DNA of 64,000 nucleotides, from the NCBI GenBank assembly GCA_041288095.1, contig JBGGMJ010000092.1, positions 57-64,056 of the forward strand. The letters are read 5' to 3'. The translations under genes and the position numbers were made by a program. The notes under the pieces were generated by a model, which searched no databases, was not told where the DNA came from, and saw nothing but the letters and a program-made list of their open reading frames with translations. Origin of the DNA: Myxococcota bacterium (lineage in GTDB: Bacteria > Myxococcota > XYA12-FULL-58-9 > JALHOP01). Each line of letters opens with the position of its first letter. Position 1 is the first letter of the stretch. Shown in pieces: positions 1-8,611 of the stretch.

Positions 1-93
1 GATGACGTGGACACATTCGCCATGCTCCCGCGCGGCGCAAGCCTTCAGGGACACCAAGAGCTCGTCGGCCGCTAAAGTGGACAAGTCGTTCAT
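1..93 (-). CDS. 5' end of a CDS running off the left edge (31 codons visible); hypothetical
   Basis: ATG at 93-91 (minus) with AGGA about 6 nt upstream. Translation MNDLSTLAADELLVSLKACAAREHGECVHVI stays open to position 1. It is absent from the ORF track because the window cuts it. The family is not callable from 31 aa. Confidence 0.3.
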   Translation of the reverse strand, partial: MNDLSTLAADELLVSLKACAAREHGECVHVI

Positions 94-543
94 GACTCAT
101 CCTAACACGGGAATTTTTTCCCCTTTGCAGCCCCGTGGTGCCCCGCAAACGGCCGCGGATGCGAAAATCACGGAAGCCGCCGCAGAAACGCAACAGCGCG
201 CACGCGAACGCGCGCCAAGGCCATTCCAGAGCACGCCGGAAGCGCTAAGGCGCCGACACCGAAAAGCGACGTCAATACCAAAGTGAAGCCATTGTCGTTT
301 TTCCACATGCCCGCGTACGCAAAATACGCGTTAACGCGCATTTCTTCATTGTCCGCTATAGCGGCGCAGCCCCTTGCGAAGCACAACCCTCCGGCCCCAC
401 GCAGCAAGCAGGCGCCAAGGCAAACGCCCGCCCCCGGGTCTCCTCCACCCCCTGGGAGCAGATCCACCGATGCCCCAAACAGCAGACGCTAAAACGGCTC
501 GCAAGTGACCACAAAACAAGCCGAAGAGCTCACGACCACAGCG

Positions 544-2829
544 CTACGGCGCCGGCCGCCGCCGCCGCACGATCCGATTGTTCTCCGTGTCGGCGATGTA
601 CATATCCTCGCCAACCGCGACCATGTTGACCGGTGTGTTCAGCGTGTCGATGCCGATGCCGCCGTTGTTCGCGAGGTTCACGGTGAACGACGGCTGGCCG
701 AGGACATAGTCCGCCGGAGCGTTGTTGGTCGCCGGTACGCCGCGCCACACCAGCACGCGGTTCCCGGTCGTGACGTAGAACAAGCCGTCGGCGTAGTGCA
801 GGCCCAGGACGTTACCGGTGGTCGTTGGTCCCGCCGGCTGCGCCACCGCCAGGGCCATCGACGCCTGACCGAGCACGACATCCGCGGGCGCCGCGTTGGT
901 CGTTGGGATGCTGTTCCAGATGAGCACGCGGTGGTTGCCGGTGTCGGCGACGGCGATGCCGTTCGGGGTGAAGCAGACATCGCGCGACGAGCGCAGCGAC
1001 GAGGCAGAGAGACCGCCCGTGTTCGAGGTGACGACATCCATGCTGGGTTGGCCCAGGACAACGTCGGCTGCGTCGTTGGCGTCGGTCGGAATGGTGTTCC
1101 ACAAGAGGATGCGGTTGTAGCTCGTGTCCGCTACGGCGAAGCGCGTGCCATCGCTGTCGAGGTTCGTCGGCTGGCGGAACGTCGAGCCATCGACCACCGC
1201 GCTGGGCGCAATGGCGTCGAGCGTTGGCTGGCCGAGCGCCCGCGCCGGCGGCACGTTGGCCGTAGGCACGCCGTCCCACACGAGGATGCGGTGGTGGTCG
1301 CGGTCGATGACGTGGAGATTCCCGCCGATGACGCGAGCCGCTGTCGGGAACAGGAGGCTCTCGCCGTCCGTTTGGTCCTCGTGCGGGTCGTAAGTGACGA
1401 GGTCGGGCTGGCCGAGCACGAAGTCGGCGGGGGTGCCGGGGGCGCTGGAAAGCGCATTCCAACCGAGCACGCGGTGATAGATGAAGTCGACGACGAGGAC
1501 CTGCTCGCCGTTCACCACCACGTCCATCGGTAGGCCCAAGGCCAGACCGTTCACCCCAGAAGCGGGCGTACGCTTCGAGCCGCTGTTCAAGCCCGGCTGA
1601 CCGATGACCGCGATAGCGGCTCGTGAGGCCACGGGGTCGAAGAGGCTCGTCGCATAAACCAAAACGCGGTGCGCCAGCGCGTCGGCGAGGTAGACCTCGT
1701 TGCCGCCCACCGCCAAGGCGCGTGGTGAAGCCAGGGTCGTGGCGCTGTACAGCGGTACCAAGCCGCCGACGTGAATCGAGCCACCGAAGACGATGTTCGC
1801 CGCTTGGTTGTTCGCCGTGATGGGCACGTTGAACACCAAGGCGCGGCTGCCGGCCGAATCGAAGACCACCGTGTTGGTGCCCGCGAAGCCGAAGCCATCG
1901 GGTGTTTCGAGCGAGGAGGCGGTCTGCGATGGCGGAAGCGTCCCGGTGATGAAGTTTGCCTGGCCGAGCACGAAGCTCGGTGGCACCGCGGCGCCCGGCA
2001 CCGTGTTCCACACGAGCACGCGATTGTTGCCGGAGTCGGCGATGAATAGCCGTGTGCCGTCGCTCGCGACCGCCGCCGGCACGAACATGCCGTTGGCATT
2101 GACCGAGGTCCCGGCGTTGGCCGCGCCGCTCGTCAGGTTCGGCTGGCCGAGGGCGAAGCTCGCCGCGACACCGTTCACCGTCGGCACGTTGTTCCACACC
2201 ATGACGCGGTTCTGCGCGGTATCGGCCACGAAGAGCGCGCTGCCGACGAGGGCGACGCCGCGAGGGCCATTCATCCCCGTCGCGGTGATGCCGCGACCGC
2301 CGCTCGTCGAGAAATCAGGCTGACCGACGACCACGGAAGCCGCCTCGAAGTTGGTGGTCGGAAGGGGCTGCCAGATCAAGACGCGCGAGTTGGACGTGTC
2401 CGCGACAGCGAGCGTGTCGCTGTTGCAGGCGATGCCGTCGGGGAAGCTGAGCCCGCGCGCATCGACCCCCGCGTAGTTGGAGGCGCGAGTCGTGAAGGTC
2501 GGCTGGCCGAGCACCAGTGACGGACGGCCGCGCGCCGGGAAGCTGTCCCAGACGAGGACGCGGTGGTGGAACTGGTCCGCCACGAAGAGCCTGCCGCCGC
2601 AGATCGCGAGGTCGCTCGGCAGCTCCAACCCGTCCTCGAGGTTCGCGTTGACCAGCCCCGACGCTTGCCCCAGGAGCACCACGGCCGTGTCGTCGTCCGT
2701 GGGTCCGCTATCGCCGTCACCCTGGTCGTTATCCCCGTCGCCGTCGAAGTCTCCCGGCGTATCGTCGAGCAGCGCCGACCGGGCGCAAGCGCCGACCGCC
2801 AAGGCCGCGACCAGCGGCACGAAGCGCAT
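544..2829 (-). CDS. NHL-repeat beta-propeller lipoprotein (secreted)
   Basis: An internal ATG gives MRFVPLVAALAVGAC, a lipoprotein-type signal. An acidic D/G-rich linker follows, then more than 10 repeats of an NHL-like unit (..NRVLVW.., ..HRVLVW.., ..NRVMVW..). The start overlaps the sctT stop (TGATG at 2831-2827). The track ORF start at 2883 was trimmed. Confidence 0.75.
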   Translation of the reverse strand: MRFVPLVAALAVGACARSALLDDTPGDFDGDGDNDQGDGDSGPTDDDTAVVLLGQASGLVNANLEDGLELPSDLAICGGRLFVADQFHHRVLVWDSFPARGRPSLVLGQPTFTTRASNYAGVDARGLSFPDGIACNSDTLAVADTSNSRVLIWQPLPTTNFEAASVVVGQPDFSTSGGRGITATGMNGPRGVALVGSALFVADTAQNRVMVWNNVPTVNGVAASFALGQPNLTSGAANAGTSVNANGMFVPAAVASDGTRLFIADSGNNRVLVWNTVPGAAVPPSFVLGQANFITGTLPPSQTASSLETPDGFGFAGTNTVVFDSAGSRALVFNVPITANNQAANIVFGGSIHVGGLVPLYSATTLASPRALAVGGNEVYLADALAHRVLVYATSLFDPVASRAAIAVIGQPGLNSGSKRTPASGVNGLALGLPMDVVVNGEQVLVVDFIYHRVLGWNALSSAPGTPADFVLGQPDLVTYDPHEDQTDGESLLFPTAARVIGGNLHVIDRDHHRILVWDGVPTANVPPARALGQPTLDAIAPSAVVDGSTFRQPTNLDSDGTRFAVADTSYNRILLWNTIPTDANDAADVVLGQPSMDVVTSNTGGLSASSLRSSRDVCFTPNGIAVADTGNHRVLIWNSIPTTNAAPADVVLGQASMALAVAQPAGPTTTGNVLGLHYADGLFYVTTGNRVLVWRGVPATNNAPADYVLGQPSFTVNLANNGGIGIDTLNTPVNMVAVGEDMYIADTENNRIVRRRRPAP

Positions 2830-3650
2830 CAAGTGCCGCGCACCAGCAGCGAGATCAGCTCTTCGACGACGCTGAGCGCCCATTCGAGATAGGCCAACAT
2901 GCGCGTGACCAGCGGCTCCATCGCGATGAAGATCATGATGATGCCGGCCATGGCCTTGACCGGCATCGAAAGGAAGTAGGCGTTGAGCTGCGGCGCCACG
3001 CGGTTGAGGATGCCGAACACCAGGTCGGTGATGAAGGTCGCGGCGATGACCGGCGTCGCGATGAGAACGCCGATGAACAGCATCTCGCCGGTGACGCGCA
3101 TGATGAGATCGAAGAACGGCCAGAGCGCGCCGCCGTAGTCCAGGTGTACGTCGAGCGGGATGACTTCGAAGGAGTGAGCGTAGGCCTGCAGGAAGATGCG
3201 GTGGCCCCCCATCGCCATGAAGACGACCAGCATGAGCTGGAAGAAAAGGTCACCGATGGGGGTGGCGCGCTCGCCGGAGAGCGGCACCATGACCTCGGCC
3301 ATCGAGGTGCCACGCACGGTATCGATGACGCGGCCGGCGACCGACAGCGTATCGAAGCTCGAGGCCATGAAGCCGATGGTGAAGCCGATGAAGACTTCCT
3401 TCATCATCAAGAAGAAGAACGGAATGGGCGTGACCGGCACGGCCCCGGTCATCGTCGCCCGCGCCAGCGGCCACACCAAGATGGTGACCATCACACCGAT
3501 GCCCATCTTGATTTCGGGCGGGATGTTCTTGCCGCCGAGCCACGGCGTCTGCGTGACCATCGTCAGGGTGCGCGTCGCCATCAACGCCGCGATGAGCATC
3601 TCCTGCTGATAGTTGAGCGCAATGCCGAGGCGCTGGAGCAGGGCTTCCAT
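2829..3650 (-). CDS. sctT: T3SS export apparatus protein SctT (FliR/YscT family)
   Basis: 273-aa polytopic membrane ORF of FliR/SctT size and character. It lies directly after sctS and sctR in the conserved R-S-T order. Confidence 0.85.
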   Translation of the reverse strand: MEALLQRLGIALNYQQEMLIAALMATRTLTMVTQTPWLGGKNIPPEIKMGIGVMVTILVWPLARATMTGAVPVTPIPFFFLMMKEVFIGFTIGFMASSFDTLSVAGRVIDTVRGTSMAEVMVPLSGERATPIGDLFFQLMLVVFMAMGGHRIFLQAYAHSFEVIPLDVHLDYGGALWPFFDLIMRVTGEMLFIGVLIATPVIAATFITDLVFGILNRVAPQLNAYFLSMPVKAMAGIIMIFIAMEPLVTRMLAYLEWALSVVEELISLLVRGT

Positions 3651-3673
3651 GGGGCGTCAGCGGCCTCGCTCGA

Positions 3674-3952
3674 TCAATAAACGACGTTCGGAAAATTCTC
3701 GAAGCACATCTGCGTGAACTTCAGCAGCGCCGAGCCGAGCCACGGGCCGAAGGCGGCGAGCGACGCGAAGATGATGATCATCTTCGGTACGAACGTGAGC
3801 GTCGCCTCTTGGATCTGCGTCACCGCTTGGAACAGCGAGATGATGAGACCGACGATCATCGACAAGATGATCGGCGGACCGCAGACCACGATGACCATGA
3901 GCAACGCTTCGTTGGTCACGCGGATGACGAAGTTGATGACTTGCTGATCCAT
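3674..3952 (-). CDS. sctS: T3SS export apparatus protein SctS (FliQ/YscS family)
   Basis: 92-aa two-helix hairpin membrane protein (..LLMVIVVCGPPIILSMIVGLIISLFQAVTQIQEATLTFVPK..), typical of FliQ/SctS. Confidence 0.9.
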   Translation of the reverse strand: MDQQVINFVIRVTNEALLMVIVVCGPPIILSMIVGLIISLFQAVTQIQEATLTFVPKMIIIFASLAAFGPWLGSALLKFTQMCFENFPNVVY

Positions 3953-3974
3953 GGGCTTTTTCCTCGCGTGAAGC

Positions 3975-4808
3975 TTACGAGTAACCGAGCACCAGTCCGC
4001 GCGTGATCAGGTACCAACCGTCCACCAAAACGAACAATAATATCTTGAACGGCAGGGAGATGGTGGTGGGCGAAAGCATCTGCATGCCGAGCGCCATCAG
4101 GATGTTCGAGACGACCATGTCGATGACCAGGAACGGCACGAAGAGAATGAAGCCGATCTGGAACGATTCCTTGAGCTCGCTGATGACGAACGCCGGCACG
4201 ATGACGGTGAAATCCTCGTCCGTGAGCGACGCGCGGTCGCGCGGCTCGCGCATGCGCCAGGCGAGCTTGAAGAACATGTCTCGGTCCTTGAGGTGCGCGT
4301 GCTTGATGAGGAAGCGGCGCATCGGGTGCTGCGCGTCGCGCGCTCCCGCGATGATCTGATCGACGGTGAACGACATGATGTCGTTCTTACCGCCGCTCGC
4401 CCGCATGTTGTCCTTGGTGGCGTTGTACATTTCGAGACCCACCGGCGTCATGATGTACACGGTGAGGATGATGGCGAGGCCGGTGATGACCTGCGTCGGT
4501 GGGATCTGTTGCGTGCCGATTGCCTGACGCACGATCGAGAGAACGACCGCGATCTTCACGAACGAGGTCACCATGATCAGAACGAACGGCACCATCGCCA
4601 AGGCCGCCAAAGCGGTCATCAAGACGAGTGGCTTGTTGGTGATCTCGTCCTTACCGAGGAGCTCGTCGAGGCGCTGCGCCTGAGCGTTGGCGGTCACGAG
4701 CAAGGCGAACGAAGCGGCGGCGAGGGCCGGCCAGAAACGCTTGATGCGCTTCCACGAGCGCTCGAGCGCTTGTCGCACGAAGCCTGCATTTGGTTCAGGT
4801 TTCGCCAT
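3975..4808 (-). CDS. sctR: T3SS export apparatus protein SctR (FliP/YscR family)
   Basis: FliP-family core (..SFVKIAVVLSIVRQAIGTQQIPPTQVITGLAIILTVYIMTPV.. and ..FQIGFILFVPFLVIDMVVSNILMALGMQMLSP..). The start was trimmed to the internal ATG (MAKPEPNAG), which overlaps the end of the upstream fliO-like gene. The track ORF extends to 5057. Confidence 0.9.
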   Translation of the reverse strand: MAKPEPNAGFVRQALERSWKRIKRFWPALAAASFALLVTANAQAQRLDELLGKDEITNKPLVLMTALAALAMVPFVLIMVTSFVKIAVVLSIVRQAIGTQQIPPTQVITGLAIILTVYIMTPVGLEMYNATKDNMRASGGKNDIMSFTVDQIIAGARDAQHPMRRFLIKHAHLKDRDMFFKLAWRMREPRDRASLTDEDFTVIVPAFVISELKESFQIGFILFVPFLVIDMVVSNILMALGMQMLSPTTISLPFKILLFVLVDGWYLITRGLVLGYS

Positions 4809-5385
4809 GGTCGTCCTCGCTCGGTTTTTTGGGGGAAATGGCTTCGAGCACGGCGCGAAATCCGGCAGGGCCGCCGCGCGTGGTGTCGCTGGGTGGTTGT
4901 GAGGCGCCGAGCTTCTGCAGCACGTTGATGCCGCCTTCGGTGACGCCGAGGAGCATGCGGTCGGGGCCGACATCGATGACCAGGAGACTGTTCTTCTGAT
5001 CGACGAGAATGCGCTCGATGATGCGCACGATGCGGCCGTCGCGCGGGCCCATGGCACCGGGGAGCAGACGGGCGGCCCCGAACTTGAAGACGACCCAGAT
5101 GATGGCGATGACGATGCTGAGGGCGAACATCGTCTTGACGAGCTGCCCGACGAGCGAGGGAGTGTCGGGAGGCTCGCCGTTGTCCTGTCGCGCGCGGTCG
5201 TACGCCGAAGGCGGCGGCTCCTCGGCTGCCGTCAATCGGTGATCGGCCATCGGTGATCGGCTATCGATCAACGGCTTATCGACCGCCTCCTTCTCCGTCA
5301 GCGGACTTCCCGGCGGGCGCTCCTGCGCTCCCGCGTCCGCGACAGCGGACACAAGCAGCACCGCGAGCAGCACGCCGCGTGACAT
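4795..5385 (-). CDS. fliO: FliO-like protein (signal/TM segment plus conserved FliO C-terminal region)
   Basis: ..FALSIVIAIIWVVFKFGAARLL..GRIVRIIERILVDQKNSLLVIDVGPDRMLLGVTEGGINVLQKL.. aligns by eye to Salmonella FliO (..IIALILAAAWLVKRLGF..LGARERVVVVDVEDARLVLGVTAGQINLLHKL). It sits between sctQ and sctR, exactly as fliO sits between fliN and fliP. Its start overlaps the sctQ stop (TGATG). Confidence 0.65.
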   Translation of the reverse strand: MSRGVLLAVLLVSAVADAGAQERPPGSPLTEKEAVDKPLIDSRSPMADHRLTAAEEPPPSAYDRARQDNGEPPDTPSLVGQLVKTMFALSIVIAIIWVVFKFGAARLLPGAMGPRDGRIVRIIERILVDQKNSLLVIDVGPDRMLLGVTEGGINVLQKLGASQPPSDTTRGGPAGFRAVLEAISPKKPSEDDHGET

Positions 5386-6608
5386 CAGGTGCCGGTCACT
5401 TGCAGCAAGCGCACACCCAGCTCGCCATCGACCTCGATGAGCTCGCCACGCGCGAACACCTTGCCGTTGACCACGAGGTCGACGGGATCATTCGGCCCTC
5501 GCGGCAGCCGCAATATCTGACCTTGCCGCAAGCGAATCACCTGGGCGGTGTTCATGCGAATGCGCCCGAGCTCGACGACTACCGGCGCGGGAACGTCCCG
5601 CAACAGGCCTTCGGTCTCTGGGAGGTTGTCTTCGCCCTGATTTTCGCCACTGTCCGCCATTTGGCTCTCCGCTGGTTCTTCCTGCACGACGATGTCCGCC
5701 ACCACGAGACGCGAGCGGTCGCCGTCGGATTCGATTTGCGCTTTCAGTCCACCGTTCTTGCCGAGGCCGACCTTGACGAAAGCCATGCCCTTCAGGCCCT
5801 GCGGGCTCAACGCGAGCTGATGATTCTCGAGGATGACGATGTCGCCCACTTCGAGGTCGGCGATGTCGTCCGGTCCGAGATCGAGCTGCGCTACCTCGAC
5901 ACGGCCGGTGACGTCGCGCTCTCCTAAAGCCGCGAACACCGTGCGCATGTGTTGGTGCTCGGCTTGTGGCCCGCCCGACTGCGCGACGAGCTGCTGGAAG
6001 TGCGAGGTGATCAGCGAGTCGGGGATCAGCACCCGCAGATAACCGACCTTCTTGCCAATCGAGAGCGAGAGGGCGAGGGCATGGTAGCCCGGCTCGGTGT
6101 CGATGATCGCCTGTAGCTCTTCGAGGCGCGAGGCGAAGCGATCGAGGGTTAGAGCCAGCTCCTTGCCGGTCTCCCAGCCGTCATGCACGAAGCCCATGGC
6201 CTTGAGCACGACGAAGGAGAGGACACCCTCTTCGATCTCGGTGAGCGGGCGCTGGATGCGGCCCACCTCGCCGTTACCGCCCAGCAGCCGGTCGATGCAC
6301 AACGTCGCGATCGAGGGGTCGAGGTCGGCGAGGATCTTGTGCTCGGTCGCGCCGCAGCCGACGACCAAGAGGCAGCCCACCGCCGGCAAGATGGAGCCGA
6401 GGTTGGCCCGGGCTATCGCCGAGGTCTGCTGCACCGAGACCTGGCAGGGCGCTTTGAGGTGCGTCTCGAGCACCGCGCCGAGGTCCGCGAGGAACGTGCG
6501 CCCGAGCGGCCGGCGAGAGAAGTATGCCGACAGGCTCTGCATGACCGCGATCTGGTCGTGCGTGTAGCGCGGTAAGTTCGTGAAAAGAAAAGGTCGAACT
6601 TGCGGCAT
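5385..6608 (-). CDS. sctQ: T3SS cytoplasmic sorting platform/C-ring protein SctQ (FliM/FliN, SpoA domains)
   Basis: C-terminal SpoA/FliN domain (..VVVELGRIRMNTAQVIRLRQGQILRLPRGPNDPVDLVVNGKVFARGELIEVDGELGVRLLQV..). An upstream second SpoA-like segment is present. There is also a FliM-like central motif (..IDRLLGGNGE..RPLTEIEEGV..). The start is taken at ATG 6608 (MPQVRPF); the track start 6638 is also possible. Confidence 0.8.
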   Translation of the reverse strand: MPQVRPFLFTNLPRYTHDQIAVMQSLSAYFSRRPLGRTFLADLGAVLETHLKAPCQVSVQQTSAIARANLGSILPAVGCLLVVGCGATEHKILADLDPSIATLCIDRLLGGNGEVGRIQRPLTEIEEGVLSFVVLKAMGFVHDGWETGKELALTLDRFASRLEELQAIIDTEPGYHALALSLSIGKKVGYLRVLIPDSLITSHFQQLVAQSGGPQAEHQHMRTVFAALGERDVTGRVEVAQLDLGPDDIADLEVGDIVILENHQLALSPQGLKGMAFVKVGLGKNGGLKAQIESDGDRSRLVVADIVVQEEPAESQMADSGENQGEDNLPETEGLLRDVPAPVVVELGRIRMNTAQVIRLRQGQILRLPRGPNDPVDLVVNGKVFARGELIEVDGELGVRLLQVTGT

Positions 6609-6656
6609 GGTACCCGCTGGCGACGCTAACACCCACACCCGCCAGCTTCAAGCGAT

Positions 6657-8561
6657 CTAGAGGTCCAACTGAACCCCGATCTCGACGACGTTTTTGGAGG
6701 GGATCTTGAAGTGCTGGTCCGCGGTGACGGCGTTCCGCGATAGGAGACCGTAAACCCGCTCGGGAAACGAGCTCATCAGACCAGCCTCCCCGGCGATGAC
6801 CGACTCCCGGCCGAGGAAGTAGGTGAGCTCCTTCGGGTCACCAGGGACCCCGAGCTCCTGGGTCGCGCGTGCCACCATCTCCGGGACGTTCGGCTGCTCC
6901 ATGAACCCGAAACGGGCCACGACGCGGTAGAAGCCGTGCCCCAGGTCCCTGGCGGTCATGCGTTGCTCTGGGTCGACGATCGGAACCTGTTCGCTTTGAA
7001 CGGTGAAGAGAATGACGTGCTCGTGCAGCGTCTGGGAGCGCTCGACGAAGTGAACGAGGACCGGAGGCACCGTGCGCAGACTCGAGGCCATGAACACCGC
7101 GGTGCCGGGCACCCGCGCCAGACACTTGTCGGCGAGCTCGGGAATGACCTCGTCGTAAGAGGCGAGCTTGGCCTCGTAATGGTCACGGATGATGGCGCGG
7201 CCCTTACTCCAGATGAGCATCGCCGCCACGAAGAGCAGCCCGATGAAGAGCGGCACCCAGCCGCCGTGTCGGATCTTCGCGACGTTCGCCAAGAGGAAAG
7301 GGATGTCGAACGAGAGGAAGAGCACGAGGATGGCGATGGCCGCGGTCGCCGGCCAATTCCAGCTGCGGCGCATCACCATGTAGTAGACGATCGAGGTGAG
7401 CGTCATGGTGCCGGTGACCGCGATGCCGTAGGCGCCGGCCAGGGCCTCCGAGGCTTGGAACTCGGTGACCAAGAGGACGCAGGCCACCGCCAAGAGCAGG
7501 TTGATCTGTGGAACGTAGACCTGCCGCTCCATCTCGGCCGCGGTGTGGCGGATCGTCATGCGCGGCAGGTAGCCGAGCTGGATGGCCTGGCGGGTGAGCG
7601 AAAAGGCGCCCGAGATCAGCGCTTGCGAAGCGATGACGGTCGCGAGGCTCGAGAGAGCAACCAGCCCCCAGGTGAGTGGCCCGGTCGGCACCAGCGCGAA
7701 GAACGGGTTGCCGATGCGCGTCGGATCCTTGAGCAGCATCGCGCCCTGTCCGAAATAGCAGAGCACCAACGCCGGCATCACGTAGCTGAGCCACGCGATG
7801 CGAATCGGTTTCGCGCCGAAGTGCCCCATGTCGGCATAGAGCGCCTCGCCGCCGGTCACGCAGAGCACCACCGGACCGAGCACGAAGAACGAGCGCGGAC
7901 CGTGATGTGCGAAAAAGCGGACAGCGTGATGCGGCGACAAGGCAGTGAGCACCTCGAGATCGTCGCTGATGTGCATGGCGCCGAGCACCGCGATGACGCC
8001 GAACCAGACGATCATCACGGGCCCGAACACGCGGCCCACGACGTGGGTGCCGCGGCGCTGCACCAGAAAGAGCGCGATCAGAATGGCGCAGGTGATTGGC
8101 ACCACGAGATGCGCGAGATGCGGCGCGACCACCGTCACGCCCTCGACCGCGGAGAGCACCGAGAACGCGGGCGTGATCGCGCCGTCCCCGTAGAGCAACG
8201 CGGCTCCGACCACGACCAGAAACGCGATCGGCGACATGCGGCGGGCGCGGTTCTCGCGGTAGCGCTGCGGCAGGATGGCGAGCAACGCGAAGATGCCGCC
8301 CTCGCCACGGTTGTCGGCGCGCATGATGAAGATCAGGTACTTGATGGTGACGACGACGGTCAGCGACCAGAAGATGAGCGAGAGGACGCCGAGCACGTCC
8401 TCGCGTGACACCAGACTGCCGCGCAGGCTCTCACGCAGCGTGTAGAGCGGGCTCGTACCGATGTCGCCGAAGACGACGCCGAGGGCGCCCAACGTGAGAC
8501 TTGCGGTACTGGCGCGACGCACGCGGCGACAATAGTCACTAAAAATGGGGACACACACCAT
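6657..8561 (-). CDS. kup: KUP/HAK/KT family potassium uptake protein
   Basis: Hallmark N-terminal motif GVVFGDIGTSPLYT, about 12 TM segments, and a C-terminal cytosolic domain. Length is 634 aa. Confidence 0.92.
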   Translation of the reverse strand: MVCVPIFSDYCRRVRRASTASLTLGALGVVFGDIGTSPLYTLRESLRGSLVSREDVLGVLSLIFWSLTVVVTIKYLIFIMRADNRGEGGIFALLAILPQRYRENRARRMSPIAFLVVVGAALLYGDGAITPAFSVLSAVEGVTVVAPHLAHLVVPITCAILIALFLVQRRGTHVVGRVFGPVMIVWFGVIAVLGAMHISDDLEVLTALSPHHAVRFFAHHGPRSFFVLGPVVLCVTGGEALYADMGHFGAKPIRIAWLSYVMPALVLCYFGQGAMLLKDPTRIGNPFFALVPTGPLTWGLVALSSLATVIASQALISGAFSLTRQAIQLGYLPRMTIRHTAAEMERQVYVPQINLLLAVACVLLVTEFQASEALAGAYGIAVTGTMTLTSIVYYMVMRRSWNWPATAAIAILVLFLSFDIPFLLANVAKIRHGGWVPLFIGLLFVAAMLIWSKGRAIIRDHYEAKLASYDEVIPELADKCLARVPGTAVFMASSLRTVPPVLVHFVERSQTLHEHVILFTVQSEQVPIVDPEQRMTARDLGHGFYRVVARFGFMEQPNVPEMVARATQELGVPGDPKELTYFLGRESVIAGEAGLMSSFPERVYGLLSRNAVTADQHFKIPSKNVVEIGVQLDL

Positions 8562-8611
8562 TTTTCGCCGAGGCGGCGAGAGGTGTGCAGTCGAAAAATG
8601 GAGTATGTCCC

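Noticed and set aside
168-467. 99-aa minus ORF (and its internal ATG version MRVNAYFAYAGMWKNDNGF...) in the 94-543 gap
   Set aside because: It shows no family similarity, has odd composition downstream, and overlaps other equally poor ORFs. It is kept only as context for the palindrome observation.
505-2197. Long ORFs 505-1533 (+, 342 aa) and 812-2197 (-, 461 aa) overlapping the NHL-repeat gene
   Set aside because: These are shadow ORFs typical of high-GC DNA. Their translations are R/G/A/H-rich with no motifs. The 544-2829 minus frame, in contrast, shows a signal peptide and regular NHL repeats.
3975-5057. Long 5' extensions of track ORFs (3975-5057, 18178-19032, 38509-39291, 39153-40478, 53098-55008, 51447-52349, 58676-60049, 59954-60595, 60592-63570)
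   Set aside because: The extensions are R/P/S-rich and overlap upstream genes. Internal ATG or GTG codons give proper signal peptides or family-typical N-termini and classic stop/start overlaps, so the starts were trimmed.
6936-8408. 490-aa ORF on the plus strand antisense to kup
   Set aside because: The product is extremely R/E/D/H-rich and low in complexity. The opposite strand encodes a full-length Kup with its hallmark motif.
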